NCBI GenBank assembly: GCA_028534125.1
Contig: CM052829.1
Span: 23,746,001-23,810,000 of the forward strand
DNA: 64,000 nucleotides
Direction: 5' to 3'
From: Lama glama
Lineage: Eukaryota
This document shows, piece after piece, positions 12,930-24,421 of this stretch; the first letter of the stretch is position 1, and every line of letters starts with the position of its first letter. A program made the position numbers and the translations under genes. The notes below the pieces were generated by a model. It was given only the letters and a program-made list of their open reading frames with translations. It searched no databases and was not told the DNA's origin.

Positions 12930-13275
12930 GTTACACAAATGTTAATGGAGTTTTTTTTTCACTTAATACATCTTGAAAATCATTCCAGATTGTGCATGAA
13001 AATCTAAATTATTATTTTAAATACCTATTTAGTATTTTAGTGCATGGATTCAAAATATGTATTCAACAACTCACCTATTATTAGGCTTAGGTAGTTTCTG
13101 AGTTTTTATATTACAAACAAGCCAAAAATATAAATATAATTTGATATGTTCTTGGACTAAGATTTACTAGGATCAAAGAATATGTAAAACACTGAACACT
13201 TGGTATATTTAGATATCAAATTTTGACCAATTCAGGTATATGTTAACCTCCATATGTTTACCACCAGAATCTGTG
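12930..13275 (-). mobile_element. L1ME-like 3' fragment
   Basis: TTTTTTTTCACTTAATA..ATCATTCCA..TATTCAACAACTCACCTATT..TTAGGTAGTTTC..ATTACAAACAA is typical reverse old L1. Confidence 0.7.
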
Positions 13276-14729
13276 GAAATACCCCTCACCCCAGACCGGC
13301 CCTAGACTCCACCTCCTATCCCAGGGAAAAAGAGGAATTCTTAAAACTCAAAACTCTTAAATATCCTTCAGTATATTTATTTATTTATTTGTATTGAAAT
13401 AGAGTCCTTCGGTATATTTAAGTCATGCACAAACCCCTGTTTTGAAAAGAATCCTTTTTCATGTGACTGAAGCAGTGGGCAGGTAATGATGATTTCATCA
13501 TGTAGAAAGGATATTTTATATATTTCTTACTAATATTTTAACTATGAATGTAAAACACAAAGGGTATTAATAAGAAAAGAGTCTGAACATGAATTTAAGG
13601 AAAAATTTTATGCAAATTCACCAACCACTAGAATGGAAAGACTAAAACAAACAATACTTTAACTTTTACAAAAGGAAACTCCATCAAAAGCTCATTATCA
13701 ATTTTAATTTTTTCCATCTTCTCCTTACAAATGCAAGAAAGGGAAGAAAGGGAGAGGGGAAGGAAGAAGGGATTGGCGGAGGGGACAGGGAGAGATGGAG
13801 GGGCATGAACTTCCTTTACTGGTATATTGGCTAAGGCTATTATTGTCATACTTCCATACTGTCTGCAAATAAATGTATAAAGTATTCATGAAAGGATTTT
13901 GATTTTTAAAATACTGGGGTATTTATATACTAGTATACTAAGAATTACATATTGTTTAATAGACTTACATGTATTTTGTGTCATGTTATTTTTAGGTTAA
14001 TCTGAAACTACAAACCCTGCTCCCTATTCTCCATGCTTGAGATGTTAACTGTAAACCTGCATCCAGAGGAGATGCCAGCAGGAATGCTCTGACCCAAGTA
14101 GGATCTCACCAGTGTCTGGATTAGAGGAACTGAATTGCATCAAATCCCACCAGTAGGGTGAGGCAGCCTCCGTGTACCACAGGGGTGAGGTCTCAGAGCA
14201 GACACTCAATGGACAACCAATTTACTAAAAACATTCTTCTTCTTCTGATTCCTCCTACTTAGTTATCAACAGGTTTTTAGTTATTCTCTAAATAAACCAG
14301 AATTGAAGCTGGGGAGATATTAAGAGAAATAATACAGAAAATCTAGGACAGTGATTGGTACTTAGGGAAAAGGCACTTGTGTCACACTGCAGTCCCCAGC
14401 TACAGTGAACACAAAGCACGCCCCTTTACTGTCTGAAGGCGTGCTGCTGCCGCGGAGGAGCACCTCAGCCTCAGAGGAGACAAATGCGGGGAGGACAGTG
14501 ATCTTCCCTGGGGAGTGACAGTCCTCCTGGGGAGAAATTCTCCAAAACCCAGGACCTTGTTTTGATTTTGTTATTCCTTGGCAATGAGGGTATCTGGAGG
14601 TGAAATTATGTAAATTTGGGTAACTGAGTAAAAGCAAACTCTTAAGGGATGTGGCAGAAATAAAGGATGGAAGAGATGGAAGAATAAAAATTATTGCTAA
14701 TGAGTCAGTATTAATCTTGTCAGGGTGAA

Positions 14730-14910
14730 GCACAGAATCTGGAAAGCAAAAGGGTGTCCCAGAAGTATTCCAAGAGTCTTATTTTGAAGATGAGGCAACT
14801 GAGGCCTCCAAAGTGTAAGAAATTTGCCTGAACTCACATGTCGTCTCTGGAAGTTCTGAGCTCTGGGAGGCTTCCTGACACCAAGGACATTCTCACAACA
14901 CCACACTGCA
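14730..14910 (-). mobile_element. MIR fragment
   Basis: ATTTTGAAGATGAGGCAACTGAGGCCTCCAAAG..AATTTGCCTGAACTCACA. Confidence 0.7.
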
Positions 14911-15379
14911 TCAGTGTTCAAACCCATCACAACTTGGGAACTGTCCTTGCTTGTACCAAATGACTACTGGCATCCAGGGTTGCTGTCAAAATTCTCGAAG
15001 GACTCTCATTTTCTAGAACTCCTAGGGGTTCCAAGTCCAAGTCATGATGGAGAAGATACCAAAGCACTGATTTAATTTGCCATCTCAAACCTGTACAGTT
15101 GCTTAATCAACCAACAGGAAAACTTTGGCTCTCTTTAGCATTATATTTTTTTAAAAACACCATTACAAATAGATCACTTCAGAACAATGACAATGCCTCC
15201 CATTGATGATATTAAAGATACTAATAATAGAAGTAAATATATACCAGAAAACTTAATTTTTTTCCCTCAAATTTAATTTGCAAAGTCACCTCTTCTGTTT
15301 TGTTTTTCTTCATCACCACCTCCCTTCCAAACTCTCCTTTCTTCCTCCATTTCTCTACACAGATTCTGCTATTTGTTTA

Positions 15380-15500
15380 TTTAACCAGAATGTAAGTTTC
15401 TTGAAGGTTAGAATAATCACTTATCTTTTTATTTACTTCACCTCAACAGGCATAGCCCTTGACATATTAGAAGCACACAGTAATGTTTTCAGAATAAAGA
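15380..15500 (+). mobile_element. L2 3' terminal fragment
   Basis: ACCAGAATGTAAGTTTCTTGAAGG..GCATAGCCCTTGACATATTAGAAGCACACAGTAATGTTT. Confidence 0.65.
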
Positions 15501-15608
15501 TTACACTTTCACATTTTTACATATAGATGAGAATTTTTAAAAAACTCCAAGTAAGAATGCTATGAAAAGTTTGACCTAAAAAAAAATTGTTAGAAATAAC
15601 CCAATACA

Positions 15609-15785
15609 GGTAAGGGAGGGTATAGCTTAGTGGTAGAGCACATGCTTAGCATGCAGGAGATCATGGGTTCAATCCCCAGTACCTCCATTAAATCAATCAA
15701 TCAATCAATCAATCAATCTCAATCACTTCCCCCTCCAAAAAATTTTTTTTTAATTTTTAAAAATTTAAAAAAAATTTTAAAAAAG
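15609..15785 (+). mobile_element. tRNA-Ala(AGC)-derived SINE, camelid vic-1-like, with perfect 16-bp TSD
   Basis: Head GGGAGGGTATAGCTTAGTGGTAGAGCACATGCTTAGCATGCAGGAGATCATGGGTTCAATCCCCAGTACCTCCA resembles tRNA-Ala(AGC). A box TAGCTTAGTGG at 15623-15633, B box GGTTCAATCC at 15666-15675, then (AATC)n and an A/T tail. TSD GAAATAACCCAATACA at 15593-15608 and 15786-15801. The family name is from recall. Confidence 0.9.
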
Positions 15786-15804
15786 GAAATAACCCAATAC
15801 AACC

Positions 15805-15930
15805 AATTTCTTTTACAGGTGATGAAACTGAGGTCAAGAGTAAACAAGTGGTTCAGAATCACCCAACTAGTTAGAGCCTGAATGAAGGTGCCCACTGGTC
15901 CCCCATCTCTGCTGCTCTTTTCAGTGCACT
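15805..15930 (-). mobile_element. MIR fragment adjoining the SINE insertion
   Basis: TTTTACAGGTGATGAAACTGAGGTCAAGAG..ATCACCCAACTAGTTAGAGC. Confidence 0.7.
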
Positions 15931-17521
15931 TTATTCAGTCACTTTCTAAGTACAAATTAAGTCATTTAGACATCTAAATGATTCTTGGCAAAATATAAAT
16001 GCCTTGACTATACACTAGAACTTTGACACATTTAATTCTCCTTATTCATATCTTTAACAATGCCTGGTACATCGTAGATATTCAGTCAACTTGGGTTTCT
16101 ACATCCTTTCTCCCCTTCTTTCCCCCAAATTTCCGTATCAACCACTTTAAAGATTGCTAATATTCCAAGTAGGTATCACCTCAAAAATCAGTTAGTGTGT
16201 TGACAAAGCCAACTAAGATGATTGTAAAGCCATTGGTACTGACCCCAAGGCAGCTCCCACATGAATGACAGACTTGCTCCCCATGGCGCATTCTTAGGAG
16301 AAGTAAGGATGCCCAAGGGAAGGCTCTGAGGAGAGACTTGGATGCCGCCATGGAGAGGCGCTGATGGGGAGGGTCTCATCACATTTCTAAATGCCAAATC
16401 CCTTCTTCCTCAGCTAAATGTGCCTCCTAGAAGAGATTTCTACTTGTCCGTGGACTTGTTTGGGATATATAAGCTGAATCCATGGAACGGTGGAGTCTTT
16501 GGGTAAAAATTTCTATGTATCGAGGGTTCTTCAATAATTTACCTACCTCCCCCAATAAGTTACCCCCCACAAAGTCACTATTAGTTGAACCACTTAGGAT
16601 ACCTGTTAGCTTTTACGTTTAGATGTTATTAAGTCTATTCTGACTTTTAATTTTGACACGTCTCTTTAATATAATGAAACCCTTTTAGTCTTGCTTGGAA
16701 TTAGTTTACTGCTTAATAAATTCCTTCCAACACTATGTTCTGTGAGTCAACAAGCAGCTTCCCCTGTGATGTGAGCCTGGCTAACAATAAATGCAACTTC
16801 GGAAGATTAATTACTAGGCAGAGGCATTTTCCAGGTGGTATATTCTCACTCTAAGGAAACTTGGTCATTTTACTTTTGCATCTGTTTGGGGTAACATGTC
16901 CTTTGGCTGAAAAGAACATCAGTCCATGTTTGGAATGGCCTCCTACATAGATCATATTTTAGGCTGAACTAACACCAAAAACTTTTTTCAAAGACAGCTG
17001 AAAATGCCATATTTAAAAATTATTTAATTTACAATATATGAAGGGTGGTAAACTCTCAGCAAACATTTTAACTAGGTATTTATTGAGAGCTGACAATGGG
17101 GAACTCTGTGCTGAACACCGTGTAAGGCATCACAAGATGTACCAGTACAATTATTTTCCCTAAGTTGATGTCTACTGCCTGACACATTTTGGAATTTTCC
17201 ACCCTTGTCCTAAGTAACTTGATTCAAAAAAAGAGTTTCTCCCAGCTAATTGGCTGACATATAGTCACCACTGATTTTGTCTCATGTTGTTCAGCTGAGT
17301 GAGAGCACTCTGAAATCACACAGCTTACAGTGTCAGGTAAAAATCCTTATAAAGAGGATACAGGCTTTGGACTTGCAACTCGTTAACTTTGGGCTTCTAC
17401 TTCAGACAAAAAGCGACTTCATTTTATTACAGAAAATGTCAATCAAGACATAACTACTGACACCCGTCTTTGTTTCACCAGCCAGTAATAAAAGATAAAG
17501 CAGAGCAAATGGAGGAGCTGC

Positions 17522-17653
17522 NNNNNNNNNNNNNNNNNNNNNNNNNNNNNNNNNNNNNNNNNNNNNNNNNNNNNNNNNNNNNNNNNNNNNNNNNNNNNNN
17601 NNNNNNNNNNNNNNNNNNNNNNNNNNNNNNNNNNNNNNNNNNNNNNNNNNNNN
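17522..17653. other. N-run (unresolved sequence, 132 nt)
   Basis: Directly visible. Confidence 0.99.
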
Positions 17654-18922
17654 TCTTAATGCAGTTAATTTTGTTAACCCTTTGAAATGCACAATGAGTT
17701 TTACACCTTGCTTAATCTTACTAACATGACCCAGTTTTTTAAATTTCTCTCAATGTTGAGAATAGAAACCTTTGAAAAAAGTCAAGAAATTTTGGAAACA
17801 GAGTAATGGTCTCAAATAATCCTATCTCACTTGCTATTGCATAACTTCAAGAAGGGTAACAAGGAAATCCATGTTAACCACGTATTACTTGAATTGCTCT
17901 TACAATAATGGACTCTTTGGACAGGACTGATTTTTAGCAGGGTCCCTCTCAACCCATAATAATAATATGCAATTGAAAACAACATTAGCCCTGGATTTAA
18001 CTGCCCTGCTTCCTGCAATGTTTAGTGGTTTACTGTATATAAATGCATATGCCTGCCTTCAGGGCTAAAGAGGTTTACTCTTAACATTTCAAACATCATT
18101 CTGGCTGAACATATGTAGAACAGAATCTATAGGTGATTAATTAGTCCCTAGGCTCAATCACTCAAGTCCCTAATTAAATATCTCACTCTGCTTTCAAGTA
18201 TTGTAGGAAAGATAATTGGTAAATCTGCAGTGCTAATAAAGAAGTTTTTCTTTTCCTTTATGAATAATGGGATCTAAATCATTGATCATATAACTCAGTG
18301 CCTGCATCTCCCCTGTTGATTTCTAAATCCAGATCAGTTTTTTAAAAATGCAACAAGGTGATAAAGTCTTTTTTCCTCAAGAGTTCCTTTTCTGACATAC
18401 CTTCAATAGATTTTTCTACCTTCCATCTCAATACCAGCTTCTTCCTCTCTTCATACTAATTTCTTCATCTATCAACCAACATGACAAACTCAAGAGAAAA
18501 ATGGATTTTCTTTTTCCCTGTTTCACAACCCTCACCAATTTTTTTTAACCAATATTTTCCTGTTCTGTCCCACCAAAAAGAAAAAGTGACTCAACCCTAC
18601 GATTTACAGTGGAGAAGAAATATTGCATTCATTAAGAAAAGAAAGAAAGAAAGCAAAGCCACCCTCCTCAGGAGGGGCTCAAAGCACAGAGAAAAAGCCA
18701 GAGTGTCTCATTAGGCTGCTTGGAATGAAACAGTTAATTTCAGGGTAAGAGATAATGTTTAGTCAGTTCGCTTAGAAAAAGGAAGGAAATTCAAAAGCTG
18801 GTTGCTGTAGTAACAATCACAGACCAAAAAATATATACGTATATGTTCATTTCAAATAAAACTCCTGCCAACTCTCTGTGATTCTGATTCTCTCAAGAAA
18901 AAAAAATGAGTTGCTGTTGAAA

Positions 18923-19131
18923 NNNNNNNNNNNNNNNNNNNNNNNNNNNNNNNNNNNNNNNNNNNNNNNNNNNNNNNNNNNNNNNNNNNNNNNNNNNNNN
19001 NNNNNNNNNNNNNNNNNNNNNNNNNNNNNNNNNNNNNNNNNNNNNNNNNNNNNNNNNNNNNNNNNNNNNNNNNNNNNNNNNNNNNNNNNNNNNNNNNNNN
19101 NNNNNNNNNNNNNNNNNNNNNNNNNNNNNNN
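18923..19131. other. N-run (209 nt)
   Basis: Directly visible. Confidence 0.99.
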
Positions 19132-19264
19132 AGTCCACAGAGAGCCCGGGAAAGTAGGAGGGCAGCAGAGATTCTCTCGGGGTGAGTACACCACGCTTCT
19201 CCCAGGCAAGCCCTGGGACGGGAGCCCAGCCGCTGCAGTGCCCAGACCCACCGACTGGCTGGGG
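19132..19264. promoter_or_regulatory. GC/CpG-rich remnant between two N-runs; probable CpG-island or promoter fragment
   Basis: About two-thirds G+C with 6 CpG in 133 bp, against an AT-rich, CpG-poor background. Contains a plus-strand donor GGG|GTGAGT (GT at 19182-19183). Confidence 0.55.
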
Positions 19265-19500
19265 NNNNNNNNNNNNNNNNNNNNNNNNNNNNNNNNNNNN
19301 NNNNNNNNNNNNNNNNNNNNNNNNNNNNNNNNNNNNNNNNNNNNNNNNNNNNNNNNNNNNNNNNNNNNNNNNNNNNNNNNNNNNNNNNNNNNNNNNNNNN
19401 NNNNNNNNNNNNNNNNNNNNNNNNNNNNNNNNNNNNNNNNNNNNNNNNNNNNNNNNNNNNNNNNNNNNNNNNNNNNNNNNNNNNNNNNNNNNNNNNNNNN
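19265..19500. other. N-run (236 nt)
   Basis: Directly visible. Confidence 0.99.
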
Positions 19501-20409
19501 CCGCTCTCCAGAGAACCCAAAAAACATGTTCTATTTTTGGAAATCAATCTGAACCATTTAAAATACCTTGCAGTGAGGTGTATCAAAAACAAAATAGATA
19601 AGAAATGAGCTAAATGAGAGCAGCAAGATTTATTTTTTTCCCCCAAGTGTGAGTGTAAGTACATGTGCTCACTTCCCAGCTGTTGCTTATTTTTGAACTA
19701 ATTCATTTACCTTTATTTCCAGATGAGTTGTTCATCTTGATAGCCATGGATGCAGAATTGCACAAATGAGCTGGTGAATAATATTGTGGGCAGTGAAAAA
19801 TAGAAATCATGTTTACGCGGCTGATCCCTGCTTTTCTCTCTTTCCTCCAGCGTATGTGGTGAAGCCTCAGGAGTATTCATACTCCAGAGATCCCTCCCGC
19901 AGCTCCCCACAGGGAGTCATTCAAGGAGCAGGGCACAGGGATGCCACACTGGCGTGCCCGGGGCTTCAGCACATCCTCTCCCAAAGTGTGTGGAGGTACA
20001 GTTATTTAGGGATACTTCTTCTACCAGGACCCCCAGCTCATCCCTGTGTTTCTCTTCCCACTCTGGAAAATCTCGGTGGTGACCATCTGTTGTTTCTGCC
20101 ACCCCCGTATCCCCTCCCTTTTCCCCCACCCCCTGCCCCATTCTGCTAACAGAGCCTCTTTTTTCCTTTTGGAAACTTTCCTTTCTCTATCTATAGATTG
20201 TGCAGCATTCCTCACAAATCCCTCCCCACAGCCCCCCAACAGAACTATAAGGAGGCATGTGACCCAGAATGCCCAATCGGATTTCTCCATTGCTTTAGAC
20301 ACAGCAAATGTGTTAGGAGGTAAGCACAACACTCAAGAAAGGCCAGGGTCCTTTTTCAAATAGGAATACTGATTCTTTGAGGAAGAAAGTGTTTATATCT
20401 CTCTCTCAG

Positions 20410-21315
20410 ATTCTATGTGCTAGGGTTAAGCAAGCCTGCAGTTGCTGGGGTTCATCTTTGATATTGAGGATACAGCAGTGAACAAAACAGATGGTGTCTG
20501 CTGTCACGTAGTTCATATTTTGAGGAAGGGGGAAGACAGGCAATACAAGTAAGTAAATGTGTAATGTTAGTTGGTAACAAGGGCTTTGAAGTAAAGGAAA
20601 GTAAGGGCACAGAGACTGTGTGTGTGCATGTGCATGTCATTTTAGGTATGATGATCAAGGAAGCACACTGATAAAGCTACTTTGAGCAGAGGCCCAGATG
20701 AAGGGAAGAAGCTGGTCATCTGTGTCTCTGTGCTCCACGCAGAGGAAGCCATGTAAAGACCTGAGACAAGTGAATGCTTGGTATTTTCAAGAAACTAAAA
20801 GGAAAATAGGGTGGCTGGAAGACAATGAGCAAAGGGAAGAAATGGGTTCAGGAAAATAATAATGTCTGGGACAAGATCAGGAAGTATCTTACAGGCCAGG
20901 TAAAGGACTAGAATTTATTCTCAGATGGGAAACCTATCAGAGGACTTTGAACTAAGGAATGCCTAGGATCTGAGCTACACTCTTAGGGAATTTCCTCTTC
21001 TTCTGTGGGGAAAATAGACCATAGGTGAGCGAGGGTAGAGGCAGGGAGACCAATAGTGAGAGGCTATTTCTGTAATGGCTGGACTTTGGATGAAAGCAGT
21101 GGAGAAGGTGAGAGGGCCAGATTCTGGAGGGGGTGTGTGTGTGTATGTCTGCACAGGCAGGATTTCAAGATGTGGGGTGTGAGAGAAAGAGAGGAATCAA
21201 GGATAATTCCCAGGATCCTGGCTTGAACAAACTGGAACACAGCTGCCACTTACTGATATGGGGAAGTCTGGGAGAAGACCCTGAATTTGAGGTGAAATAA
21301 AGACTGGTCCTGGAC
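20410..21315 (-). mobile_element. L2 LINE 3' region
   Basis: GAGGATACAGCAGTGAACAAAACAGA..TTTGAGCAGAGGCC..GGACTAGAATTTATTCT..GAGAGAAAGAGAGGAATCAAGGATAATTCC is reverse L2. Confidence 0.85.
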
Positions 21316-21319
21316 CTTC

Positions 21320-24035
21320 CTTCAACAGCAACAAATATTTATTGTCTACTCTGTACCAGGCACTGTTTTAAGTGCTGGAGAAAAGGCAGTGGAAACAAAC
21401 AAACAAATAAACCCCAAAGCCCTTGCCCTCATGAAACTGAGATTCTTCTGAGGGAAGACAGACCATAACAATAAATGAAAAAAATATATAGGATATTTAA
21501 TAGTGATAATATTGTGGAGGAAAAAATAAGACAGCAAAGGATCAGTAGTCAGAAAGGGACTTGCAATTTTAAATTGAACATCCAGGGACAGTCTCACTTC
21601 AAGGGTGATATTTCATCAAGACTTGAAATTGATGAGGAAAGAAGGAGGGAAAGAGCATCATAGGCAGAGAGAACACAGGTGTGAAGGCTTGGAGGTGGGA
21701 AAGTGGCGGGTGAGGAGTAAGAGATGGCAGCGGGTCTAGAGGGGGCAGGTCATGGAGGGCTGGCCTGGTCGTTGTAAAGACTTTGGCTTTTACGCTGGAA
21801 GAAGTAGAGCTTTAAGTCGAGGAGTGAGGTAATCCAACTCACATTTTCACAGCCTCACTGTGGCAGCTGTGTGGAGGTCACACTGGAAGAAGGGGAACAA
21901 ATAGAGGTTATACTGCAATGAAACAAGTCTGACATCATGGTGGCATTCACTACGATGGCTTTGGTGGAGGTGGCTTCTGATTATATTTTGGTGTTAGAGA
22001 CAACAGGACTTTTTAAATGGACTGGATGTATAGGGGAAGGAGATTAGTGAGAGGAGTCAATCACATCTTCAAAATGTTGGGTTCCATTAAATGAAAGAAT
22101 GGAGCTGGCATTGACCGAGAGACAGTGGGAAGAACAGCATTAGTAGGGAAGATGAAGAGTTTGACAGAGAATGTGTTACCTTTGCCTGTAAGATATATAC
22201 ATGGAGATGTTGAATAGGTAATTGGATATACAAGCCCAGAGTCCAGGGGACAGTTTTAGGTTATAGATGTAAATTTGGATGTCATTGTACATTCATGGTA
22301 CTTGAAGCTCTGAGACTGGGTGTGATTACCAAGGAAATGAGTATATAGATGGAAAAGCCTTAGACAGTCCAAGGTTAAGCCATCAGGAATATGATGGGTC
22401 TCCCTCATATTCCTGTACTAAGAAAGAGCCTTCAAGAGGTAAGAAAAACCAAGAGGGTGATATCTTGGAAGCCAAATGAAATTTTCAATGATTAGCTTCA
22501 TAAAATGAAAATTAGATGAAGACTGAAAATTGATCCTTGAATTTAAAATGTGTAACCAACTGTGCTCTTGACAAAATCAGGTTGGTACGGGAAGGGTGAA
22601 AGATCAAGAGAGAATGGAAGGACAATTGGGGACAAACAGTATAGGCAATTCTTTCAAGGTGTTTTTCTTCAAAGAGAGAAGAGAAATGGGGCAGTAATCG
22701 GAGGGGAGAGTAGAATCAAGGAAGCATTTTTAATATGGAAGAAACATCAACATTTTGTATGCTGTTAGAAAAGATCCAGTTGAGAGGAATAATTAATGTT
22801 GCAGAGGAGAAAGGGAAAAATTGCTGGAGCAAAAATTGCTGAAGCACAGACGGCCTTCCAAAGTGTCCAGTCTAATCCCTAGAATCTGTCGAATATATTA
22901 CAATGCAAAAGGGACTCTGAAGATATAAGTGAGATTCTTAAAAGAAGGAGATTGTCCTGGGCAGTGAGTGTGCTCAATTTAGTCACATGAATCCTTAAAA
23001 GCAGAGAACTTTCTCTGGCTGGAACCAAAAGAGAGATGCAGCAGAATAAGAAGCCAGAGAAATTCCACGTATCAGAAGTACACACTGCTACTGGCTCTGA
23101 GATGTAGGACCCAGATGCAAGGGCCAGAGAAAGGGCTCTAGAAGCTGAGAGCTACCCCCTGCTGTCAGCCAGCAAAGAAATAGTTACCTTAGTCCTACCA
23201 TTACAAGGAACTGGAGGCTTCTGACACCCTGAATGAACCTGGAAATGGATTTTTCCCTAGAGCCTGGAGAAAGGAACACAGCCCAGCTGACACCCTGTTT
23301 TCAGCTTTGTGAGACTCTAAGCAGAGTACCTAGCCAGGCCCACCTACAGATCCATGAACTAATAAAGTTTGTGTTAATTTGTTACAGCAGTGATGGAATG
23401 CTAATTAAGAGTGATTGGCTTTAGAAAGCAATATGGATGATTCATCCACAGAAACAGAATAGAAGGCAGAGTGAATGATAGAGGTAGTGCTAGGTGGGTT
23501 GTGGTGGTACTGCAAGGTTGTGAAAGTTCTCTGTGACTTCTAATTTCTCAGTGGAATCGGAATTAGGAGTATTGACTAAGAGAGAGGATAGCAGAAGTGG
23601 TGGAGGTTTGAGGAGGGAGTATGTGAAATAGTTATGCAGGAGAGTAAAGAGCAGGAATTATCAGAGAAGTGTAATAAAACGGTAAAGAGCACTAAGGGCA
23701 TATTTGAGTTTAGTTATCATGACTTAAAATGATGCCAGACAGCATGTTACCTTTACAGTATCCATGAGATATCTAAATAGAACTGTCACATGGGCAGTTT
23801 ATATATAATTCTGGAAAACCAAGTGTAGATGAAATGGAATTAAAAGCAATGGGTGAGCAGTGAGTGTGAATTCAGTTAGGAAATGAGAACAAACTCAAGG
23901 TCTAAACTCAGGGATTTTCTAATGTTTAGATATTGGGAAATTGAGGATGATTCAGCAAAGGAGACCTAAAAGGAGTAGCCACAGAGGTAGACACACAATC
24001 AAGATAGTGGTCTCTCAGAAGTTAAGTTCCAACAG
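21320..24035 (-). mobile_element. Long L2 LINE (possibly several pieces) interrupted by an MLT1 LTR
   Basis: Begins AACAAATATTTATTGTCTACTCTGTACCAGGCACTGTTTTAAGTGCTGG (reverse L2 end). The purine-rich L2 body continues on both sides of 22845-23407. Confidence 0.8.
22845..23407 (+). mobile_element. ERVL-MaLR solo LTR (MLT1D/E-like)
   Basis: CTAATCCCTAGAATCTGT..GGAGATTGTCCTGG..AGCCAGCAAAGAAA..CAAGGAACTG..CAGCCCAGCTGACACC..AATTTGTTACAGCAG..CTAATTA. Confidence 0.85.
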
Positions 24036-24039
24036 TCAG

Positions 24040-24421
24040 TGCTATGAACTGAATTGTGTCCCCCCTCTCTCACCCCTCAAAAAACATATGTTTAAGCCCT
24101 AACTTAGAACGTGACTGCATTTGGAGTTAGGACCTATTAGGGGGTAATTAAGGTTAAATGAGGTCATAAAGATGGGACCCTAGTCCAATAGGTCTGGTGC
24201 CCTTATAAGAAAAGGAAGAGACACCAGAGCTCTCTCTATCATGTGAAGATATAGCCAAAAGGAAGCCATTTATAAGCCAGGAAGAGAGCTTTCACCAGCC
24301 ATTAACTCTATTGGTACTTTGATCTTGGGCTTCTAGTTTCCAGAAGTGTGAGGAAATAAATTTCTGTTGCTAAATGCCCAGACGATGATATTTTGTTATA
24401 CAACCTGAGTGGACTAATCGA
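24040..24421 (+). mobile_element. ERVL-MaLR solo LTR (MLT1A/B-like)
   Basis: Starts TGCTATGAACTGAATTGTGTCCC; contains GTAATTAAGGTTAAATGAGGTCATAA and GAAATAAATTTCTGTTG. TSD GTCAG (24035-24039) / GTCAA (24422-24426). Confidence 0.9.

Noticed and set aside
15614-15687. Functional tRNA-Ala(AGC) gene
   Set aside because: It is the head of a SINE with a simple-repeat tail and a 16-bp TSD, and it carries stem-disrupting substitutions.
17402-19664. Long ORFs of up to 270 aa around 17.4-19.7 kb, including MEEL.. at 17509
   Set aside because: Their length comes from N-runs; the called portions show no recognisable protein.
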